Assembly (NCBI GenBank): GCA_040752835.1
Contig: JBFMGG010000003.1
Coordinates: 226,490 to 290,489, forward strand
Reading direction: 5' to 3'
Length of the DNA stretch: 64,000 nucleotides
Source of the DNA: Campylobacterota bacterium
Lineage (GTDB): Bacteria; Campylobacterota; Campylobacteria; Campylobacterales; Sulfurimonadaceae
In this document: one piece after another, positions 11,061 through 20,822 of the stretch
Layout of the letters: every line of letters begins with the position of its first letter
How positions within the stretch are numbered: the stretch's first letter is position 1
Position numbers and translations under genes: made by a program
Notes under the pieces: model-generated
Told to the model about the DNA's origin: nothing
Database searches by the model: none
What the model saw: the letters and a program-made list of their open reading frames with translations, nothing else

Positions 11061-12304
11061 GACACCTCCGCGCATTCCGTTCGTCGAAAACTTTTCGTAT
11101 CCTGCTGATATTCCTTTCGTCGCTGGGATCGCTATACCTGCTGCTGTTCAGCTTTCCGGGGAACCGCCTCCTCTCCCCCCTTCTCGAAACGGCCCTCTCT
11201 TCGGGATTTTCGACCCCCATAACGCTGGAGAGGTTCTCCCTGACACACAACCGTTTCGATCTGCGCTTCCATGACCGTGCGGGAAACGTGCTCAGCGCGC
11301 AGGGCGGCTTTTCGCTGCTGACCCTGCGTCTCTACGCCCATTACCGGATCGCCGCCGCTGCCGCGGGGGGGATCAATCGGCTGGAAATGCCGTTCAAAAC
11401 CGAAGGTTCCCTCAGCGGAGGGATCGCTTCGTTCGACATCCGCGGCAATGCCCGGCTGCTGGGAGGAAACCTCCTCTATCGCCTGCAACTGCACCGATTC
11501 GCTCTCGCGTCGCTCTACGTCTCCGCCGAACGCATCGCGTATGCGGGACTCATGCACCGGATCGAATACCCTTCCGATACCGACACCCTCCTCTCCGGAA
11601 CCATCGACCTCAAAGGATTCGATATCCGGTTTGTCGAAGGCTCGGTCCGTCTGGCGACCCGGACGATGCGATTTGAGCCCACAGAGGTCGTTCCGGATGG
11701 GGACGAACCCTTCAGCCTCCGTTCGCTCCTCGCCGATGAAGAGGGGGGCGTCCGCCCCTTTGACGTGAACATTACGTTCGAAGCGTCGGTTCAGCATCTG
11801 GGAATCCTCGAACAGTTTACCCCGATGCGTCTTTACGGCCCCGTGACGCTCGTTTCGACTCTGCGGGGGGATGAAAAGCAGCTCCTCTTGAGCGGCCGGG
11901 GGAGCGTCGCGCGCGGCGATACGACTTTCAGTGCCCAGATTGACGCCCTCGAACCGCAAAAAATCGATCTACAGATGACGCACGCGGACGTCGCCGAACT
12001 CTTCGCATTGACCGGGGCGGAGGCTCCTCTCGCGGGCAGTGCCGACATCCGGGGAACCCTCACCCCCCGCCAGGGGTATTTCGACGTCCGCCTGAGCCGT
12101 GCGTCCACCGTCCCCGCCGTTTTGAAACGCGACTACAACCTCACCCAGCCCTTCATCCGTTTCGACGCATCCCTCACCGCGGAGCTGGGCAGCCAAGGGG
12201 TCCGATACCGCGGCACGGCCCGCTCTGATCTCGCCCGTCTGGAGTTCGCCGATTCGGTACCGCAGGACCGAATGCTTCGGGAACTATTAAAAACTTTGCG
12301 TTAG
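11039..12304 (+). CDS. Hypothetical membrane-anchored protein
   Basis: 421-aa ORF. Single N-terminal TM (FRILLIFLSSLGSLYLLLFSF), followed by a beta-rich soluble part. Followed by a hairpin terminator. No family recognised. Start uncertain (ATG 11039 or 11057). Confidence 0.55.
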   Translation: MDTGPLMRHLRAFRSSKTFRILLIFLSSLGSLYLLLFSFPGNRLLSPLLETALSSGFSTPITLERFSLTHNRFDLRFHDRAGNVLSAQGGFSLLTLRLYAHYRIAAAAAGGINRLEMPFKTEGSLSGGIASFDIRGNARLLGGNLLYRLQLHRFALASLYVSAERIAYAGLMHRIEYPSDTDTLLSGTIDLKGFDIRFVEGSVRLATRTMRFEPTEVVPDGDEPFSLRSLLADEEGGVRPFDVNITFEASVQHLGILEQFTPMRLYGPVTLVSTLRGDEKQLLLSGRGSVARGDTTFSAQIDALEPQKIDLQMTHADVAELFALTGAEAPLAGSADIRGTLTPRQGYFDVRLSRASTVPAVLKRDYNLTQPFIRFDASLTAELGSQGVRYRGTARSDLARLEFADSVPQDRMLRELLKTLR

Positions 12305-12326
12305 CCCTTTTCCAAAGGGGTGTTTT
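12305..12326 (+). terminator. Hairpin plus T-run terminator
   Basis: CCCTTTtccAAAGGG followed by gtgTTTT, directly after the stop at 12304. Confidence 0.4.
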
Positions 12327-12351
12327 ACCCCCTTTCGTCCACAATGGCTCC

Positions 12352-13842
12352 ATGAAAAATACTTCCGCCGCCTACGAATATCACGACCGTACCAAACACC
12401 GTCCCAGCCGTTATGCCCCCAGCCTGGGGTATATGGACTGGGCCATACAGCCCGATCCCTTCCGAACCTATCCGGGTACACCCCGGGTCCCCCTCGTCCA
12501 TGACAAAACGACCCCCCCTTTTCATCTGCTGTTTGCTCCGGATATCCTTCCGCGTGCACCGCTCTGCCGCGAATCACTCTCGCAGCTCCTGCGCTATTCG
12601 CTCGGACTCGCCGCGATCAAACGCCACGGCGGGTCGGAATGGGCCCTGCGGTGCAACGCCAGCAGCGGAAACCTCCACCCCAGCGAATGTTACGTCGTCT
12701 CGCCGCCGCTTGAGGGGATCAGCGGAGGGTGCACCCTGTCGCACTACGCTCCCCGCGAACATGCGCTCGAAATCTTGCATACCTACGACACCTCCGTCAT
12801 CGAGGGAGGATTCCTGATCCTACTTAGTTCCGCAATCTGGCGGGAGATGTGGAAATACGGCGAACGCTCGTGGCGTTACGCGCAGCTCGATGCGGGGCAC
12901 GCATACGCGTCGATCAAAACGGCCGCGTCAATGCTGGGATGGGAATGCGGCATTGTCCCTTCCGAGACCGCGGATCTTGCACACCGTTTCGGACTCGACC
13001 AGCCGGAGCGGTTTCACCCCGAAGAGCGCGAAAGCCCCGACCTGCTGATCCGCATCGCACAGCCGCGCTATTCGCTCCCTTCTCCTCCCCTTCTGGCCAA
13101 GGCCAGCCGTCTCAGCCCTTCCCACCATCGCTGGGATGCCGTCTGGGCGATCGACGAAGCCGCCTCCGGCCCGTATCCCCAATCCGATCCCCTGCATCAA
13201 ACACGCCGACTCCCTGCCCCCTCCAAAAACGCGGGGGAAGTGATCCTCAAACGCCGAAGCGCGCAGGCGATGGACGGCTCATCCCTTACCGAAACGCAGT
13301 TTCGGCAGATTCTCGACGCCTCTTTTTTCTGTACCGAAGCACCCGACGTCGATTTTATCGTCTTCGTCCACCGCGTCGAAGGGCTCGAGAGCGGTCTTTA
13401 TGCTTACGTCCGCAACCCCGAACGGCTGATCCGGCTCCGCGACGCGATGGATCCCGATTTCGACTGGCTGGAGACGGGAGAGGGGCTGTATCGGCTCAAC
13501 CGGGGGGATTACCGGGGTGCGGCGCAATATTTGTCGTGTAACCAGACGATCGCACGCGACGGCGCGTTCAGTTTCGGGATGCTCTGCCGCTTTGACGAAA
13601 TCCTCTCCGAATCGGGAGCCGCCGGATACAAAAACCTCTACCATCAGTGCGGCATGATCGGGCAGATGCTTTACCTCGAAGCCGCTTCGCTCAACCTGTC
13701 GGCCACCGGGATCGGATGCTTTCTCGATGACGAATTCCACACCCTACTGGGCCTTTCGGAAACCGCGTACCAGTCTCTTTACCATTTCACCGTAGGACGC
13801 GCGATCGTCGATACCCGCATCACCACACTACCGCCGTACTGA
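12352..13842 (+). CDS. SagB/ThcOx-type nitroreductase-family dehydrogenase (two nitroreductase-like halves)
   Basis: 496 aa. N-terminus YEYHDRTKHRPSRYAPS, which I recall as the hallmark YH.RTKH start of SagB-type proteins. Repeated nitroreductase-like segments end in ...GIGCFLDDEFHTLLGL. No YcaO or cyclodehydratase gene nearby. Confidence 0.8.
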   Translation: MKNTSAAYEYHDRTKHRPSRYAPSLGYMDWAIQPDPFRTYPGTPRVPLVHDKTTPPFHLLFAPDILPRAPLCRESLSQLLRYSLGLAAIKRHGGSEWALRCNASSGNLHPSECYVVSPPLEGISGGCTLSHYAPREHALEILHTYDTSVIEGGFLILLSSAIWREMWKYGERSWRYAQLDAGHAYASIKTAASMLGWECGIVPSETADLAHRFGLDQPERFHPEERESPDLLIRIAQPRYSLPSPPLLAKASRLSPSHHRWDAVWAIDEAASGPYPQSDPLHQTRRLPAPSKNAGEVILKRRSAQAMDGSSLTETQFRQILDASFFCTEAPDVDFIVFVHRVEGLESGLYAYVRNPERLIRLRDAMDPDFDWLETGEGLYRLNRGDYRGAAQYLSCNQTIARDGAFSFGMLCRFDEILSESGAAGYKNLYHQCGMIGQMLYLEAASLNLSATGIGCFLDDEFHTLLGLSETAYQSLYHFTVGRAIVDTRITTLPPY

Positions 13843-14418
13843 TCATTTGCGTTCGGCGTCGGCAAGTGTCAGGCACAATATCACTTTTTTTCCATGCGCA
13901 TGGAGCGTTTCGGCCGCTTCGGAGAGGGTGATGCCGGTCGTGACGATGTCGTCGACCAAAATCACCTCCTCCGCGTCGAAAGGCTCATAACGGAAAGCGC
14001 GCGGGTTCATAAGGCGTTCGGCAACGCTTTTCCCCGCGTATTTGTGGAGGTTTTGCGCCCGCAACCGGCCGTAAAGCGGAGTAATCAGCGACGAGCGCAG
14101 GGCGCGGTTCAAAACGGCCGTATGGCTGTATCCGTTTTTGGGGCGATCGTCGATCCCCACCGATACCACCGGCTGCGCATACTCCCATACCTTGGAAAAG
14201 GGCCTGAACGCCTGATCCGCAAGGATCGAATAGACATAGTGGCCAAGGTCCGTGTGTTTGGTGAGCAGGAGCGGTTCGATCTCGTCGTAGGGGAAAAAAG
14301 AGTAGACGGGAATGTGTCCGAGGATTTTACGCTGGTGGAGACGGGGGGAGAGAAGTGATTCGCGGCAACGGCCGCAGATGTGCGAAAGGGAAAACCGTTC
14401 GCACACCAGACAGCGCAT
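13843..14418 (-). CDS. comFC: ComF-family phosphoribosyltransferase-like protein
   Basis: 191 aa. N-terminal Cys pairs (CLVCERF...ICGRC) and PRTase motif ILVDDIVTTGITL. Immediately downstream of lepA. Confidence 0.8.
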   Translation of the reverse strand: MRCLVCERFSLSHICGRCRESLLSPRLHQRKILGHIPVYSFFPYDEIEPLLLTKHTDLGHYVYSILADQAFRPFSKVWEYAQPVVSVGIDDRPKNGYSHTAVLNRALRSSLITPLYGRLRAQNLHKYAGKSVAERLMNPRAFRYEPFDAEEVILVDDIVTTGITLSEAAETLHAHGKKVILCLTLADAERK

Positions 14419-14419
14419 G

Positions 14420-16210
14420 TCAGTCCATCTTGAGGACGGACATAAAGGCTTCCTGGGGAAGATTGACCTTCCCGATCGCCTTCATCCGCTTTTTCCCCTC
14501 TTTTTGCTTGTCGAGGAGTTTGCGTTTTCGGGAGATATCCCCCCCGTAACATTTAGCGGTAACGTTTTTGCCCATCGACTTCACCGTCTCCCGCGCAATG
14601 ATCCGATTGCCGATGGAGGCCTGGATCGCGACCTCGAAGAGCTGTCTTGGGACGATCTCTTTCATGTTCTTGACCAGTTCGCGGCCCCGGTACTCGGCGG
14701 CGGAACGGGGGACGATGACGCTCAGCGCATCGACGACGTCCCCGGCCACCCGGACGTCGAGCTTGACGAGATCCCCTTCGCGGTACCCGCTGGGCTCGTA
14801 GTCGAAACTCGCATACCCTTTGGAGAGCGATTTGAGTTTATCGTAGAAATCGACGACGATCTCGTTCATGGGAACCGAATATTCCAGCATGACCCGCGTT
14901 TCGTTGAGATAATCCATCTTCTCCTGCATTCCCCGTTTTTTGGTCAGCAGCGTGATGATGTTCCCCAGATAGTCGACCGGGGTGATGACGGTGGCCTTGA
15001 CGTAAGGCTCCTCGATCCGCTCGATGTTCTGGGGTTCGGGAAGTTCGCTGGGGTTTTGAACCTCGATCATCGTACCGTCGGTTTTGTAAACCTTGTAGAC
15101 GACCGAAGGGGCGGTTGCGATCAGATCGAGGTTGAATTCCCGCTCCAGCCGCTCCTTGATGACCTCCATGTGCAACATCCCCAAAAATCCGACGCGAAAT
15201 CCGAATCCAAGAGCGATCGACGTTTCGGGTTCGTAACTGAGGCTGCTGTCGTTGAGCTTGAGTTTGTCGAGGGCGTCGCGCAGGTCCTCGAACTGGTCGG
15301 TGTCGATCGGGTAGAGCCCCGCGAAAACAAACGCCTTGGCGGGGGCGTATTCACTGACGGGCTCAGGGGCCGGGTTTTTCGCATCGGTGATCGTATCGCC
15401 GACGCGGATGCTTCCGACATCCTTGAGTCCCAGGACGACGATCCCGATCTCCCCGGCCTTGATCGACTGCGTCTTCTGGCGGCGCAGCGGATGCGGGTAC
15501 ATCAGATCGAGCACCTCGTGGTTCTCGTTGTTGTGCATCAGCTTTACCTTCTGGTGCATCCGGATCTCCCCATCAAAGACCCGCACAAGGGCGAGAGCTC
15601 CCAGGTAGGAGTCGAACCACGAATCGTAGATGATCGCCTTGGTCGTCGCCTCCGGGTTCCCGACCGGGGCGGGGATCCGGTCGACGATGGCGTCGATCAG
15701 ATCGCGGATTCCGATCCCCATCTTGGCCGAAATGCGCACCGCGTCGGTCGCATCGATCCCGATCGTCGTCTCGATCTCCTCGGCGACCCGGTCGGGATCG
15801 GCGGCGGGAAGGTCGATCTTGTTGATGACGGGGATGAGGGTCAGATCGTTCTCCATCGCCATGTAAACGTTGGCAATGGTTTGCGCTTCTACCCCCTGTG
15901 CCGCATCGACGATCAGCAGCGCACCGTCGCTGGAAGCGAGCGACTTGCTCACCTCGTAGCTGAAATCGACGTGGCCCGGAGTGTCGATCAGGTTCAGAAT
16001 ATAGTGTTTACCGTCTTTGACGTAGTCCAGACGGACGCTTTGGGCTTTGATCGTAATACCGCGCTCTTGTTCGATGTCCATCGTATCCATCATCTGCGAC
16101 GTCATCTCCCGTTCGGATACGGCGCCGCATTCCTGGATGATACGGTCCGCCAGCGTGCTTTTACCGTGGTCGATATGGGCGATAATAGAGAAGTTGCGAA
16201 TATTGTCCAT
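14420..16210 (-). CDS. lepA: Elongation factor 4 (LepA)
   Basis: 596 aa. [28 protein letters not shown], and the LepA C-terminal domain. Confidence 0.97.
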   Translation of the reverse strand: MDNIRNFSIIAHIDHGKSTLADRIIQECGAVSEREMTSQMMDTMDIEQERGITIKAQSVRLDYVKDGKHYILNLIDTPGHVDFSYEVSKSLASSDGALLIVDAAQGVEAQTIANVYMAMENDLTLIPVINKIDLPAADPDRVAEEIETTIGIDATDAVRISAKMGIGIRDLIDAIVDRIPAPVGNPEATTKAIIYDSWFDSYLGALALVRVFDGEIRMHQKVKLMHNNENHEVLDLMYPHPLRRQKTQSIKAGEIGIVVLGLKDVGSIRVGDTITDAKNPAPEPVSEYAPAKAFVFAGLYPIDTDQFEDLRDALDKLKLNDSSLSYEPETSIALGFGFRVGFLGMLHMEVIKERLEREFNLDLIATAPSVVYKVYKTDGTMIEVQNPSELPEPQNIERIEEPYVKATVITPVDYLGNIITLLTKKRGMQEKMDYLNETRVMLEYSVPMNEIVVDFYDKLKSLSKGYASFDYEPSGYREGDLVKLDVRVAGDVVDALSVIVPRSAAEYRGRELVKNMKEIVPRQLFEVAIQASIGNRIIARETVKSMGKNVTAKCYGGDISRKRKLLDKQKEGKKRMKAIGKVNLPQEAFMSVLKMD

Positions 16211-16297
16211 CGTGATTGATTACTCGTATGTTTTAGTTGGGGGAATTATAGCGAAACGTTGCTTAGGGGGACGGGGGTTCCCCCGCAATGAGGGCAC

Positions 16298-17227
16298 TTA
16301 GCTGAAGAGCGAATTGACACTTTCGTTATGATAGACGCGACGGATCACTTCGGCAAACAACGGAGCGACGCTGAGCACCTTGATCTTGTCGCTCTGCCCG
16401 CGCAGCTCCAGGGTGTTGGAGACGACCAGCTCGTCGAGCTCGCCGTTGTTGATGTTGTCGTACGCCTTGCCGCTGAGTACGCCGTGCGTGGCGCACGCCA
16501 TCACCGACGTCGCCCCTTTTTTCTTGAGTGCGGCGGCGGCTTTGACCATCGTTCCGGCCGTATCGACCATATCGTCGATCATGATGACGTCTTTGCCGGC
16601 CACGTCGCCGATGATGTTCATCACTTCGCTTTCGTTCGCCTGCTCGCGGCGTTTATCGACGATAACCATATCCAAGCCCAGTTTTTCGGCGAAATAACGT
16701 GCACGGGCCACCCCGCCGATGTCGGGAGAAGCGATGATCGGGTTGGGGAGGTTTTTAGAGCGGATGTACTCCTGGAAAATGATCGAACCGTAGAGATTGT
16801 CGACGGGGATGTTGAAAAACCCCTGAATCTGCCCCGCGTGCAAATCGATCGTCACGACGCGGTCGATCCCGGCGGTGACGAACATGTCGGCAACGAGTTT
16901 GGCGGTAATGGGAACCCGGGGAGCCGCTTTGCGGTCCTGGCGCGCGTACCCGAAATAAGGGACGACGGCCGTAATCGAACTGGCTGAACTGCGACGGAGC
17001 GCATCGGTCATAATCAGCAGTTCCATCAGGTTGTCGTTGGAAGGGGCACCCGTGCTTTGGATGATAAACACGTCGCGTCCGCGGACGCTCTCACTGATCT
17101 GGACGTTGATCTCGCCGTCGCTGAAACGCTTGACCATAGCCTTGGAGAGGGGGACGTCGAGCGTCCGGCACACCTCGGCCGCAAATTCGGTACACGATGA
17201 ACCGCTGAAAATTTTATATCCGCGCAT
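16298..17227 (-). CDS. prs: Ribose-phosphate pyrophosphokinase
   Basis: MRGYKIFSGSS..., PYFGYARQDRK, DLHAGQIQGFF, and IIDDMVDTAGT. The track ORF extends to 17275. The ATG at 17227 gives the canonical N-terminus. Confidence 0.93.
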   Translation of the reverse strand: MRGYKIFSGSSCTEFAAEVCRTLDVPLSKAMVKRFSDGEINVQISESVRGRDVFIIQSTGAPSNDNLMELLIMTDALRRSSASSITAVVPYFGYARQDRKAAPRVPITAKLVADMFVTAGIDRVVTIDLHAGQIQGFFNIPVDNLYGSIIFQEYIRSKNLPNPIIASPDIGGVARARYFAEKLGLDMVIVDKRREQANESEVMNIIGDVAGKDVIMIDDMVDTAGTMVKAAAALKKKGATSVMACATHGVLSGKAYDNINNGELDELVVSNTLELRGQSDKIKVLSVAPLFAEVIRRVYHNESVNSLFS

Positions 17228-17291
17228 GGAGTTTCCTGTTGCCAATAAATTGTCGCGATTATAGCGTTCCATCACTTAGCCGTTGCTAATA

Positions 17292-18479
17292 CTACGTGCG
17301 ATAATCGGCGTTGATTTTGACGTATTCGTGCCCCAGATCGCATCCGTAGGCAGTAAACGTACCGTCTTGGAGGCCGATGTCACAGTGGATCGTAAACGCA
17401 CTCTTTTTCATTACCGCTGCGGCAAGGGGTTCGATCGTCTCGTCGAACAGCAGTTCCCCTTTACGGTAGACGCACACGTCGTCGAACCAGATGCTCAAAA
17501 ACGCTTCGTCGCACATGATCCCGCTCGCGCCGACCGTCGAAGCGATCCGTCCCCAGTTGGGGTCTTCGCCGAAAAGGGCGGTCTTGACCAACAGCGAATT
17601 GGATAGGGCTTTCGCCGCAATTTCGGCTTCGTGGTGATTGACCGCACCCGTCACCTTGTAGGTAACCAGCTTCGTCGCCCCTTCGCCGTCGCGCACCATC
17701 TCTTTCGCCAGAAACAGCATGATCGCTTCGAGCGCCTCTTTGAACGCGCCTGCATGAAACGCGCCGCTCAGGCCGTTGGCCATCAGCATTACCGTATCGT
17801 TGGTCGAGGTGTCTCCGTCCACGCTCGCGGCGTTGAACGTCGTATGGGTGCATTCATCGAGCAACGATTGCATCGTCTGCTTGTCGACGGCCGCGTCGGT
17901 CGTAATAAAACAGAGCATCGTGGCCATCGCGGGATTGATCATCCCCGCCCCCTTGGCCATCGCCCCGATCCGGAAAGACGCACCGTTTTCGAGCGTCACT
18001 TCAAAAGCGATCCGTTTGGCGAACGTGTCGGTCGTCATGATCGCCTCGGATGCGGCGATCCCGTCCCGACGGGATAGGTCGAAACGTTTGGCACCCTCGA
18101 TGATTTTGGCTTTGGGGAGGCGCACCCCGATCACCCCCGTCGAACTCATCACAGGGTTCTGTATCTGCGGATAGGCCTGCTGCAGCGCGCCGAGTACCTC
18201 ATCGATGTCGTCGATTCCCGCCCGTCCCGTCATCGCGTTGGCGTTTTTGGAGTTGATGAGGACGAAATTGGTCTCAAACTCCCCTTTGGAGCGGAAATGA
18301 CGGATAGGGGCCGCCGTCATCTTGTTCGTCGTAAAGACCGAAGCGATGGCGCACGGTTTTTCGGAATAGACGAACGCCAGGTCCTTCGCCCCTTCTTTTT
18401 TGAGGCCGATGTGGATCCCGTCGGCGTAAAATCCCTGTGCCGCGCAGACACCGCCGCTGAGTGATTCAAGTTTATACAT
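17292..18479 (-). CDS. argJ: Bifunctional ornithine acetyltransferase/N-acetylglutamate synthase
   Basis: 395 aa. Autoprocessing-site context PAMATMLCFITTDA, and DGDTSTNDT. Confidence 0.95.
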   Translation of the reverse strand: MYKLESLSGGVCAAQGFYADGIHIGLKKEGAKDLAFVYSEKPCAIASVFTTNKMTAAPIRHFRSKGEFETNFVLINSKNANAMTGRAGIDDIDEVLGALQQAYPQIQNPVMSSTGVIGVRLPKAKIIEGAKRFDLSRRDGIAASEAIMTTDTFAKRIAFEVTLENGASFRIGAMAKGAGMINPAMATMLCFITTDAAVDKQTMQSLLDECTHTTFNAASVDGDTSTNDTVMLMANGLSGAFHAGAFKEALEAIMLFLAKEMVRDGEGATKLVTYKVTGAVNHHEAEIAAKALSNSLLVKTALFGEDPNWGRIASTVGASGIMCDEAFLSIWFDDVCVYRKGELLFDETIEPLAAAVMKKSAFTIHCDIGLQDGTFTAYGCDLGHEYVKINADYRT

Positions 18480-19608
18480 ATTTGAGTTCCTCCGGTTTCT
18501 CCTGTTTTTTCACGAGCGATTTGGTAAACAAAATCCCTTTCTGGGTACCGATGACCAACAGCTTGCTTTCGCTCATTACCAAAACGTCCCCTTTGGGCAT
18601 CGGCATGAATTTCCCGTCTTTTTTCGTAATTCCGATGACGGATACGTTGGCGATGTCGCGCAAATGGGTCTCTTTGAGCTTTTTGAGGACCATCCAGCTC
18701 GTTTTGGGGACGTAAATCTCCTCCATATCCAGCGGAGTGTCGCTTTTGTAAAGAAACTGTTCCAAAAGGTTTTCCATATCGGGACGGGCCGCCATTGCGG
18801 TAATACGCTGAGCCGCGAGCTTGGTGGACGATACGACGGTGTCGGCACCCAGTTTTTTGAGTTTGTCGATCGCACCGGCGTCTTCGGTCCCGCTGATGAC
18901 GTAGTAGGGAGCGGGGATATGGTGTTCTTTTTCGAACAGCCGGACCGAGGTGATGAGGGCGATATTGTCGGCGATCGAGTTCGAAAGGGTGATGACCCCT
19001 TTGGCCGAGCTCAGATGCGCTTTGAGCATTGCGGTCTCGGTATGAGGCTCGGCCTTGATGTAATAGGGGTATTTGTATTGGCGCGCGATCTCCTCGAGGT
19101 CCTCCCGGGGGTCGATGACGACGAAAGGGATGTGGTTCTCCCGCAGTTGCTTGGATACCTGAATCGCGTATTCGTTGTGGTGACAGATGACAAAGTGCTT
19201 TTTCAGCCGGGCGATCCGGTACAGCATCTTCCGCTCCTTAAAGATTCGTTTGAGGTGCCCCTGGTTGATCACGTCGACGGAGACCAGGATGACAAAGGTG
19301 AACAGCGCCGATCCGAAAATGATGAGGGTGATGGTGAAGAGTTTCCCCACCGCGGAGAACTCCCCCTCTTTCAGGGCCCCGAATCCGACCGAGGTGATGG
19401 TGTAGCCGGTCTGGTACAATCCGTCAATCAGGGAATAATCTTCGATCACGATGTAACCGAGAGTACCGATGATCATACACAGTTGTAAAAGAATTAACGG
19501 GGTTCGGAACGGGAGAAACTGGGCGTAAAGTTCGTCGTTGAGAGTGATATGGGGCTTGGGAGAAGGCTCCCAATTCAAAAATTTCTGTATCTTTCGTAGA
19601 AGATTCAA
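18472..19608 (-). CDS. Potassium channel protein with RCK (TrkA-N/TrkA-C) domains
   Basis: 378 aa. Two TM segments flank a pore loop TITSVGFGA (TVGYG-like filter), followed by a Rossmann-like RCK region. Overlaps the argJ start by 8 nt. Confidence 0.8.
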   Translation of the reverse strand: MNLLRKIQKFLNWEPSPKPHITLNDELYAQFLPFRTPLILLQLCMIIGTLGYIVIEDYSLIDGLYQTGYTITSVGFGALKEGEFSAVGKLFTITLIIFGSALFTFVILVSVDVINQGHLKRIFKERKMLYRIARLKKHFVICHHNEYAIQVSKQLRENHIPFVVIDPREDLEEIARQYKYPYYIKAEPHTETAMLKAHLSSAKGVITLSNSIADNIALITSVRLFEKEHHIPAPYYVISGTEDAGAIDKLKKLGADTVVSSTKLAAQRITAMAARPDMENLLEQFLYKSDTPLDMEEIYVPKTSWMVLKKLKETHLRDIANVSVIGITKKDGKFMPMPKGDVLVMSESKLLVIGTQKGILFTKSLVKKQEKPEELKYV

Positions 19609-19629
19609 CGCAGACCCTTCAGGGGACGG

Positions 19630-19818
19630 TTACGAATCTTTTTTCAGAGTACGAAGCTCGGAAGCAGAAATTTTGAGTTTTTTGGTGGTACCGTCTTCAA
19701 GCGTTACACGAACAGTACGAAGGTTTGGTAAAAAACGGCGCTTGGTTCTGTTTTTCGCGTGAGAAACATTGTTCCCGCTCATTGGGCCTTTACCGCTAAT
19801 AGCACATCTTCTTGCCAT
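19630..19818 (-). CDS. rpmB: 50S ribosomal protein L28
   Basis: 62 aa. [33 protein letters not shown] is canonical L28. Confidence 0.95.
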   Translation of the reverse strand: MARRCAISGKGPMSGNNVSHAKNRTKRRFLPNLRTVRVTLEDGTTKKLKISASELRTLKKDS

Positions 19819-20006
19819 TTTGAGGCTCCTTGCAAAATTTTAGTTGCGAATTATAGCAGAGCCAACCCAAAGCATTTCTTAAAAACTTTTCACATCGTGT
19901 TACCCTCTCGGACAGCGCGGGGTTTCTGTTTTTGCCCCCCGTATCATAAAGTTTTCTTTTAACGTATACACATTACAATTAGTCGATATTTAACAACAAT
20001 GGAGTC

Positions 20007-20822
20007 GTGCGGAACGTGATAACCCAAGAACAGATAACCCGTTATATCCAGAGCGTCCCTGCCGCTCCCTCAATCATCCGCCAGACGCTCGAACACGTCC
20101 GCAACGGTGATCTCCCCAAAGCCGCCAAATGCGCCGATGAAGATCCCGCACTCAAACTCTATCTCAAAACGCTGATCAACCGCCCCGTTTACGGTTTCCG
20201 CAACGAGGTCAGCAGCCTCCCCCAGATTTTCGGGATACTGGGGCTCTCCAGCGCACAGCAGATCCTCTATAACTACCTGATGTCGCTCCTTGTTCCCAAG
20301 GAATGGGGCCTTTTTTCCCTGTCGCACCAGGCATTTTACGATCTTCAGGCCTCCCTCGGCCGGAAATGGGAAACGATTCTCAAACACCTCGGGCTCCTCA
20401 ACCGCGACAACGAAAGCGCCATCTCACTCCTCCCCGCGAGCATCATCGTGTGCGACGCCCTGTTCAAAGAACACAAAGAGGAAGTGGCTCAGCTGCGCAG
20501 CGTCAAAGCACTCGATTACAACACGATCCTGCAGCGCCTCAGCGGCCGGAGCCTCTTCGACCTTTGCTCCGAAGTGGCCGAAAAGTGGGAGATGCCCGCC
20601 TCCATCGCCAAAACGGTCCACGCCGCATCGGGAAGCGACAAGGTGGAAGGGGAAACCGAAATCCTCGCCAAATGGATGCACCTTCTGCTCTTTTACGAGC
20701 TCTCCCAGTCCCCTTTCGTCGAAGCGGGGCTGAACGAACTCCTCGATTTCAACGTCGAATTCGTTCAGGACATTTACGAATCTTTTGCTCAGGTGGTAGG
20801 ATACAATGAGACCAACGGTTAA
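20007..20822 (+). CDS. HDOD-domain-like signalling protein
   Basis: 271 aa, GTG start. The N-terminal I..VPAAPSIIRQTLEHVRNGD pattern and an all-helical HD-related body resemble HDOD proteins. Call made by sequence recollection only. Confidence 0.6.
   Translation: MRNVITQEQITRYIQSVPAAPSIIRQTLEHVRNGDLPKAAKCADEDPALKLYLKTLINRPVYGFRNEVSSLPQIFGILGLSSAQQILYNYLMSLLVPKEWGLFSLSHQAFYDLQASLGRKWETILKHLGLLNRDNESAISLLPASIIVCDALFKEHKEEVAQLRSVKALDYNTILQRLSGRSLFDLCSEVAEKWEMPASIAKTVHAASGSDKVEGETEILAKWMHLLLFYELSQSPFVEAGLNELLDFNVEFVQDIYESFAQVVGYNETNG

Noticed and set aside
14312-16219. A 635-aa ORF on the plus strand covering all of lepA (longer than lepA itself). Similar long antisense ORFs occur over guaA (58746-60311, 521 aa), the STAS gene (20749-22209, 486 aa), murD (30412-31626), the NhaD-like gene (60528-61706), purD (56508-57578), dnaK, the ABC exporter and others.
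   Set aside because: Where I checked (lepA, guaA), the antisense ORF is in exact codon register with the real gene. In that register antisense stops arise only from sense TTA, CTA and TCA codons, which this GC3-rich genome avoids. The translations are Arg/Asp/Gly/Val/Phe-rich low-information sequences with no recognisable motifs, while the opposite strand encodes unmistakable conserved proteins. These are shadow ORFs.
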